A stretch of DNA of 64,000 bases from Eledone cirrhosa (lineage: Eukaryota). Shown piece after piece: positions 54,294-64,000 of this stretch (position 1 is the first letter of the stretch; each line of letters opens with the position of its first letter). The stretch spans positions 41,912,001-41,976,000 of the forward strand of contig OZ024755.1 of the NCBI GenBank assembly GCA_964016885.1, in the 5' to 3' direction. The notes beneath the pieces are model-generated. The model ran no database searches. It saw only the letters and a list, made by a program, of their open reading frames with translations, and was not told the DNA's origin. The translations under genes were made by a program, and so were the position numbers.

Positions 54294-54827
54294 TGACTAG
54301 GCTGGCATATGGTATCCCATGGTATCCCATGGTATCCCATGACTAGGCTGACATATGGTATCCCATGGTATCCCATGACTAGGCTGGCATATGGTATCCC
54401 ATGGTATCCCATGACTAGGCTGACATATGGTATCCCATGGTATCCCATGACTAGGTGTGGCATATGGTATCCCATGGTATCCCATGACTAGGCTGGCATA
54501 TGGTATCCCATGGTATCCCATGACTAGGCTGACATATGGTATCCCATGGTATCCCATGACTAGGCTGACATATGGTATCCCATGGTATCCCATGACTAGG
54601 TGTGGCATATGGTATCCCATGGTATCCCATGACTAGGCTGACATATGGTATCCCATGGTATCCCATGACTAGGCTGGCATATGGTATCCCATGGTATCCC
54701 ATGACTAGGCTGGCATATGGTATCCCATGGTATCCCATGACTAGGCTGGCATATGGTATCCCATGGTATCCCATGATTAAGTTGGCATATGGTATCCCAT
54801 GGTATCCCATGACTAGGCTGGCATATG
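54293..54827. repeat. 36-bp minisatellite ATGACTAGGCTGGCATATGGTATCCCATGGTATCCC, ~15 copies
   Basis: 36-bp period with an internal 10-bp ATGGTATCCC subrepeat. Confidence 0.97.
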
Positions 54828-55328
54828 TTAGCGAAACTTTGGTCCCCATAACTCTTACTGATTTCTGTCGGTAAGCTATTTCATCGAACAGGAAATAATT
54901 GATTTTTCAAATGAATTCATATCCGTCTAAAGTTCTTATTATTGAAGCGGTATGGTCGTTCATAAGAGAATGAGCCTAATCAGTATTTGATGGCTTCGAT
55001 TCGGTAATCGTGTGGAATGTTACAGTATAGCCTCACAACATCCAATGAGAACCAATGGCTATTTTATCTGGTAGATGGTTGAGAAAATCTAAATCATCTC
55101 GTATGAAACTCGGAATGTGTTTGAGAAGTTTCATAAGAAATTGTTAAGTTGGCGTGTTTCGCAATTTGGACCTTCTATGATACGTCTTGGTTTTAAGCCA
55201 GATGGTATAGGTATATTAAAATAATTGGTTCTCGCCATTTTGTATGTTTCATTAATTAATTTACGTTTATGTACTTTCAGCAAACCATAGAAATTACGCG
55301 TTTTACATCTAAAATTAGTGAGATAGTC

Positions 55329-55436
55329 TCATTCTTTAGCAGTTAGGCAGTTTTGATACTGGAGTAGTAAATCAGTGAGTTGTTTCATCATTTTGTGGAG
55401 TCTATAGTCCTTGACTTCTTCATAGTATGTGTTGTC
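55329..55436 (-). CDS. Possible terminal coding exon of an unidentified upstream gene (DNTYYEEVKDYRLHKMMKQLTDLLLQYQNCLTAKE*)
   Basis: tactacag acceptor after (TG)n, protein-like composition, TGA stop; no partner exon or homology recognised. Confidence 0.25.
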   Translation of the reverse strand, partial: DNTYYEEVKDYRLHKMMKQLTDLLLQYQNCLTAKE

Positions 55437-55440
55437 CTGT

Positions 55441-55587
<147 letters not shown>

Positions 55588-55638
55588 ACTAAGTCAAATA
55601 TGTAAAATTTGGCTTCGTTTATTATAAATTATAGATAT

Positions 55639-55693
55639 ACTGCTATATATATTTCGGTGACAGCCACCATTGGTTGTGACTTCTTCAGGCAGT
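55639..55693 (-). ncRNA. Type I hammerhead ribozyme
   Basis: Inverted copy of 55856-55910 with stem II mismatches. Confidence 0.75.
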
Positions 55694-55855
55694 CCGAATT
55701 GGTGTGGTAGAGACAGGTACACATGTTGTTGAGGTGTGTTTTACTCCGTCAATACATCGATATGTCCAGCTCCTGGTTGTGTTGTTATTCCTCCGAGGAA
55801 CTGGAATCATAAATGATTCCAGTTCCTCGTACCTGTCTCTACCACACTAATTCGG

Positions 55856-55910
55856 ACTGCCTGAAGAGGTCACAGCCAATCATGGCTGTCACCGAAATAT
55901 ATATAGCAGT
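55856..55910 (+). ncRNA. Type I hammerhead ribozyme (intact)
   Basis: actgc CTGAAGA ggt-c-acagcca atca tggctgt-c-acc GAAA TATATA TA gcagt. Confidence 0.88.
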
Positions 55911-56066
55911 ATATCTATAATTTATAATAAACGAAGCCAAATTTTACATATTTGACTTAATTATTTTACATTACTCCGGAGTAAACAAACCAACCTGCGT
56001 ACTTCGTCGAGTGCGCCAATCTGCATACTGAGGTGTCGGTAAACAACCAACATATACTAAATATAA

Positions 56067-57564
<1,498 letters not shown>

Positions 57565-57699
57565 AACAAATGAAACGAAACAAAACACAGGAAGCAAAAT
57601 TACAGTTACATTAGGTTCATGCTTGTGAATAATAAATACAAAGACCAAAATCCGAAGAGGGCTCGATAAGTATGCATATATACATATATACATATGTAA

Positions 57700-57758
<59 letters not shown>

Positions 57759-57761
<3 letters not shown>

Positions 57762-57958
57762 GGTGTTGGATGCTTAAAGCGTCCGTATGCGGTAGGCCGT
57801 ATGAGCACTCAATGCACTCGTAGAGCAGAGTATGATATCACAGAAGAAAGAGAATCAGTGTTGCAACGAAAGGAATTTATTGGACATATTACAAATGTAC
57901 ATTTGTATTATGTCCAATAAATTCCTTTTGTCGCAACACTGATTCTCTTTCTTCTGTG
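57759..57958. mobile_element. Palindrome (57839-57958, centre GTAC) with one-sided tail, between TA runs
   Basis: ~60-bp inverted arms. Confidence 0.75.
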
Positions 57959-57970
57959 CTATATATATAA

Positions 57971-59487
57971 GCAAGAAAGTGTTGGTAAAATCCAGTACTT
58001 CAGTATGCGGATAGGGAAGCTCAAAGTTGAAAAGACCCCGCACTCTCTGGTCTGGTCCGTGGTTAGAAATATTCCCCTAGACAGAGGTGGGTCTGGTATT
58101 TGCAACCTCTGTCTTAGTGAGATACTTCATGGCGGAACCAAGCTATTAAACAGAAGGGTCGACTTATTCGGCGCCTGCAGACACCTAAGGACGGGAACTT
58201 TCCTCAAGCTATATGGATAAACCCCGGTTATGACCTCCCACAACGCCCCCCCCCCCCTGTAGGTCCCCTACACCCCGTACCAATGACCAATGGGCAACAA
58301 CACCCACCCATAGTTTGTGTTCCCTACGGTGGATTGTCCACCGGACCCTCTACTGGTTAGGAGTCAGCAAAACCACGTTTATTGAACCTGAGGACCCCCC
58401 CCCCGGAGTGGCCCACACAGGAAGAACAATTATCCTACGGTACTAACCCTTTACGCATGAATGCGTGCCCGTAACCGTGCGTTGTGTGTGTATACTGGGA
58501 TTACGTGAATGTACACACTCATGTGAACGCAACGAAATAATAATACCCCAGGTTTCATTTGAAAAATGTTCGAGTGTATGCTTTAGAGTATATTTGTATA
58601 TGCTCTCTTGTATGAGTGCACATGTGTATATAGACATACACACGCATCCAGAGGTATACAAGTGTGGGTGGGTGCTTGTACCTATATATGTCTGTACTAA
58701 GGGATTCGCCTAAGCTCCAAAGCCCCCAAGCTATTGCTGTGAAGATATATATCACACTCTACTTTTGTCTAGTCTAAACAATAACTTTTCCAAACACCCA
58801 CTTTACTTTTCTTTAAAAATAACACCCACCAAGTTTTATGTCTGCCTTATTTTTGGATTTGGGGGCCTCTGCGGTATATATATATGCACTTGTGCGTACA
58901 TACATATATATACACACCTGTATGGATTTGTGTGTGTTGATGTGTGTGTGTGTCTGAGAGGGTAGGTGTGAGTGTATGTACAAGTCAACCAACATAAGTC
59001 TTTTTATTTGTAAACTTTCTAAGTATTTGACTCTAACCATAATTTTCAGTAGTACCACCCCACATAAATTCCTCAATTTAAGAATGACCTGTAGTATCGA
59101 ATTTCACACTATAAACCTCAATTGAATATATATCTGACCAGGAATGCTTTTTGTGAAAATCAGTCATATGGAACTATTGTCATCTTGCCTGACGGTTTGA
59201 ACTTTACAACACCACCCGCCTCTTTGAGGTCAAATACCAACCCTACTAGCATCTACAAACTGACCAATGAGAATTAAGATTATTCCTGCTGACAACATTA
59301 AATTATTCCTAACAAGCTCATATGTCCCAAGGCTCTGATACCATCAACACTATAAACACAGAGCTGGCATATCTAAGAACTGACTAACTGCCTGATGAGG
59401 TCATAGCCATTCAATGGCTATCATCGAAATATATATAGCAGTAAATAAAGGATTATGAGTTCATGCAATTGACTTATGTTTCGTCAC

Positions 59488-59488
<1 letters not shown>
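57971..59488 (+). mobile_element. 5'-truncated Penelope-like element: GIY-YIG C-terminus (to 58220), ~1.2-kb 3' region, hammerhead, (TA)n
   Basis: KLK..VWSVV..CNLCLSE..LLNRRVDLFGACRH parallels the 52005 ORF; the 3' end matches 34861-35026. Confidence 0.82.
59387..59442 (+). ncRNA. Type I hammerhead ribozyme (intact)
   Basis: actgc CTGATGA ggt-c-atagccat tca atggctat-c-atc GAAA TATATA TA gcagt. Confidence 0.88.
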
Positions 59489-59550
<62 letters not shown>

Positions 59551-59555
<5 letters not shown>

Positions 59556-59987
59556 AAAGTTCTATTTAAATTGTTGGGATACAACAAGCAAATATTTTTA
59601 TAACTGATATAAAGCACTCGACAAATATTTGGAGTAAATATACGATATTAACAAATGGAAACTATATTTATAAAACCATATTTATTTTATTATACATATT
59701 TCATGGATACCATGTTAAATTATGGTATGCCTCATCAGACAAAATACAATATATACCAGTTTTATAAATAAACATTGACGTACCCTTTCAAATGCAACCG
59801 TTACTATCCTGATGTCTTCCAAAAGTAACGGTTGCATTTTGAAAGGGTACGTCAATGTTTATTTATAAAACTGGTATATATTGTATTTTGTCTGATGAAG
59901 GCATACCATAATTTAACATGGTATCCATGAAATATGTATAATAAAATAAATATGGTTTTATAAATATAGTTTCCATTTGTTAATATC

Positions 59988-59992
<5 letters not shown>
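59551..59992. mobile_element. Asymmetric palindromic pLTR pair of the 50197-52990 family (arms ~59639-59805 and 59824-59992; tail 59551-59638), hammerheads at 59683-59746 (-) and 59884-59948 (+)
   Basis: Homologous to 52760-52990; tattttgt CTGATGA agg-c-ataccat..atggtat-c-cat GAAA TATGTA TA ataaaata. Confidence 0.9.
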
Positions 59993-60027
<35 letters not shown>

Positions 60028-60618
60028 GATATTATTAGTCTTAATTCTATCAACTCTTCTATTATTTACCTTTTAATACAAACTGCTATAGATAAAATGA
60101 GATTTCTGATTTTTTGATTCAATTCCCTAGTGGAAATACCAGCTGACTACTAGCATTGATGTTATTTAGTAGCAATCGAAATCTCCCCCTTCCCCAATTG
60201 ACACTTTATGATTAATACTACTGCACCAAATGACCAGCCCTGTCCACTGTCCAGTTGGTCAAGTAGAGATTAAAATTGGCACTCCCAAAATTCTTATTTA
60301 GATTTACTCATGGTATTCTCATTAAAAACCCATTATATACTTGTTTAGTAGTAAATTATTTTACCATCTGTCATATTCTATCCCCTCTGTTCCTTCCTCT
60401 TTTACTAATATAAATACTTCAATTTTTCTGATTTTATCCAGTTTATCCAAAATCTCTGAAGAAGTGACAACTGATTATACATTTGCTATCGAATGCTTGC
60501 TAACATTATATGATTACGCAAGCAGCGATACATAGGTATTCGGTCTGTTACAGAAACATATGTCAATACCTAATAAATTCCTTTTTTAACAAAAGCACTT
60601 TCATTTTATATTCATCCT

Positions 60619-60662
<44 letters not shown>

Positions 60663-61324
60663 GCAGGAGACCTTACATGTGTACATACCCGTACATATGT
60701 ATATGTGTTTTTTTACACTATATCCACTCCGTTCAGCGTATACTTATGTATGAGCCTAACTCTGATAACATTACTCTTAATGTCTTTATTATTACTATTA
60801 TTATTACTTTAATATTTTTGTTTGATCATTTTACCTTTATTAACACCATTTTCCATACAAGGTAACTGGAAATTTTCGACTATTCTAAAACGGAATATTA
60901 GTATCCTGATTTCTTTCATTGCAAAAATGTTGTCGTTTTTTTTTTTCATAGAAAGAAATTGTTCTCCTCGCTGGTCATTGTCCGAGGGAATGTTTTTGTG
61001 GTCTTTCCCGCGTGGCGCAGCCCTAACACCGCCTCACTCAAGGCCTAGAGACCATTACCCTCCCCTTCCCCCTCCCATTCTTCTTTCCCTTTCTTTTCCG
61101 TGTTTAAGTAATGCATATATTTCACCCATCTCCAGAGAATGTCTTCACGTTCCGCCGTTATATCTTCCTCTTTTCTGTTGGTCGACTTTTGAAATATTTA
61201 CTTCTGTGTTTACAGATTGATTTTTATCAGTTTCATAAGATCCCGTAATGGGGTGAAAGCAAAAATTATTTGCTTAAATTTTAACCTGTACTAATAATTG
61301 ATATATGCATATATATATATATAT

Positions 61325-61734
<410 letters not shown>

Positions 61735-61867
61735 CGAATTTACACACAATTTCCGTCAATCAAATTCCAATTGCAAGGCATTACCCAACTCTAGACTATT
61801 ATTGATGATACTACCCAGGTTCCACACAGAGAGTCGGAACCAAACCATGTGCTTGCGAGGTGAACTC

Positions 61868-61891
61868 CTAACCCTAACCCTAACCCTAACC
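61868..61891 (-). repeat. (TTAGGG)~4 interstitial telomere-type repeat inside a minus-strand SINE head (~61790-61900)
   Basis: (CTAACC)4 between GAACTC and ACACAGCCA. Confidence 0.7.
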
Positions 61892-61979
61892 ACACAGCCA
61901 TACCTACACTTGCTTTCGTCCTGTCAGTTTTTATTATACTGTTTTAACCCTATTCTTGGTAATATTGTTTTATTATTGA

Positions 61980-62190
61980 AGTCGGTAGATTAACAATATT
62001 GAGTGTCGGACAACATGGTTTGTGGCATATAGTTACGGCCCTTTACGTTCTGAGTTCAAATCCCATCGAGGTTAGCTTTGACTTTCATCCTTGTGAGGTC
62101 GATAAAATAAAGTACCAGTAATGGACTGAGGTCGATTAAATTAACTTTCCCCCTCCAGCAAAATGGTTGGCCTTGTGGCTAAATAAAACG
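61980..62190 (+). mobile_element. Diverged SINE copy (a second 3' fragment lies at ~62300-62390)
   Basis: GAGTTCAAATCCC..CTTTCATCCTT..GGTCGATAAAATAAAGTACCAG. Confidence 0.8.
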
Positions 62191-62456
62191 TTATTATTCG
62201 AGTTGTGAGGTAGGAAGCAATTGTGAGAACCAGGCAGAAATGATCCTATTTTCATATATGCGACTTTTATTTTTATAAAGCTGACAGAAATGAAATTAGA
62301 ATAGAGTACCAGTAACATACTGGGGTCAATTTAATTGACTTTTCTCACTCCCAAAATATTGATGGCCTTGTGCCGAAATCAGAAACCGTTATCTTTTAGT
62401 TCTTTTTATTCCTTGAGCAAGGAGTGGTCTTCCTTGTGTAGGGTCGTAGGTCATGT

Positions 62457-64000
62457 AACAGGCCTGCTACTAGATCAGACCAAGTCACAGACCTGCTACT
62501 AGATCAGACCAAGTCACAGACCTGCTACTAGATCAGACCAAGTCACAGACCTGCTACTAGATCAGACCATGTCACAGGCTACTAGATCAGACCAAGTCAC
62601 AGGCTACTAGATCAGACCAAGTCACAGGCTACTAGATCAGACCATGTCACAGGCTACTAGATCAGACCAAGTCACAGGCCTGCTACTAGATCAGACCAAG
62701 TCACAGGCTACTAGATCAGACCAAGTCACAGGCTACTAGATCAGACCAAGTCACAGACCTGCTACTAGATCAGACCAAGTCACAGGCTACTAGATCAGAC
62801 CAAGTCACAGGCCTGCTACTAGATCAGACCAAGTCACAGGCTACTAGATCAGACCAAGTCACAGGCCTGCTACTAGATCAGACCAAGTCACAGGCTACTA
62901 GATCAGACCAAGTCACAGGCTACTAGATCAGACCAAGTCACAGCCCTGCTACTAGATCAGACCAAGTCACAGGCTACTAGATCAGACCAAGTCACAGGCT
63001 ACTAGATCAGACCAAGTCACAGCCCTGCTACTAGATCAGACCAAGTCACAGGCTACTAGATCAGACCAAGTCACAGGCTACTAGATCAGACCAAGTCACA
63101 GGCCTGCTACTAGATCAGACTAAGTCACAGGCTACTAGATCAGACCAAGTCACAGGCTACTAGATCAGACCAAGTCACAGGCTACTAGATCAGACTAAGT
63201 CACAGGCTACTAGATCAGACCAAGTCACAGGCTACTAGATCAGACCAAGTCACAGGCTACTAGAGCAGACCAAGTCACAGGCTACTAGATCAGACCAAGT
63301 CACAGACTACTAGATCAGACCAAGTCACAGGCTACTAGATCAGACCAAGTCACAGCCCTGCTACTAGATCAGACCAAGTCACAGGCTACTAGATCAGACC
63401 AAGTCACAGGCCTGCTACTAGATCAGACCAAGTCACAGGCTACTAGATCAGACCAAGTCACAGGCTACTAGATCAGACCAAGTCACAGGCCTGCTACTAG
63501 ATCAGACCAAGTCACAGGCTACTAGATCAGACCAAGTCACAGGCTACTAGATCAGACCAAGTCACAGCCCTGCTACTAGATCAGACCAAGTCACAGGCCT
63601 GCTACTAGATCAGACCAAGTCACAGGCTACTAGATCAGACCAAGTCACAGGCTACTAGATCAGACCAAGTCACAGGCTACTAGATCAGACCAAGTCACAG
63701 GCTACTAGATCAGACCAAGTAGCAGGCCTGCTACTAGATCAGACCAAGTCACGGGCTACTAGATCAGACCAAGTCACAGGCTACTAGATCAGACCATGTC
63801 ACAGGCTACTAGATCAGACCAAGTCACAGGCCTGCTACTAGATCAGACCAAGTCACAGGCTACTAGATCAGACCAAGTCACAGGCTACTAGATCAGACCA
63901 AGTCACAGCCCTGCTACTAGATCAGACCAAGTCACAGGCTACTAGATCAGACCAAGTCACAGCCCTGCTACTAGATCAGACCAAGTCACAGGCTACTAGA
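62457..64000. repeat. 25/29-bp satellite GCTACTAGATCAGACCAAGTCACAG(+NCCT), open at right edge
   Basis: Alternating 25-bp and 29-bp units. Confidence 0.98.

Noticed and set aside
54287-54874. 12-aa repeat proteins (MGYHGIPYASLV)
   Set aside because: The 36-bp unit keeps frames open on both strands; no splice or start context.
60452-60506. Degenerate hammerhead (CTGAAGA..GAAT GCTTGC TA)
   Set aside because: Core GAAA is mutated and there are mismatches in all three stems; at most a decayed relic.

Overview
Eukaryotic, AT-rich, repeat-dense genomic DNA. The SINE types, (TA)n load and TTAGGG suggest an octopod or other cephalopod mollusc (inference). Positions 1-26335 are a 29-bp satellite (~900 copies, with multi-kb higher-order duplications). 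The only convincing host gene is on the minus strand: five spliced coding exons (48880-48767, 48254-48195, 35459-35386, 34415-34346, 28573-28507) that join in frame into the N-terminal 128 aa of an ACC-synthase-like PLP aminotransferase (ACCS-like). Its remaining exons were not found and probably lie beyond the satellite. The rest is a mosaic of satellites and minisatellites (41, 36, 25/29, 16-19 bp), SINEs, MITEs, a Helitron, and R4/Dong, Tx1 and RTE LINE fragments. The most striking feature is a dense Penelope-like element (PLE) / hammerhead-ribozyme system. It comprises five GIY-YIG-encoding PLE relics, about 20 minimal type-I hammerhead motifs with covarying stems, and about 12 asymmetric palindromic insertions sitting in (TA)n tracts. 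It also includes a near-perfect 558-bp tandem array with one hammerhead per unit (a retrozyme/circRNA candidate), and hints that the cleaved (UA)n ribozyme end primes insertion into (TA)n. Almost all ORFs in the supplied track are microsatellite artefacts. All alignments and folds were done by eye.
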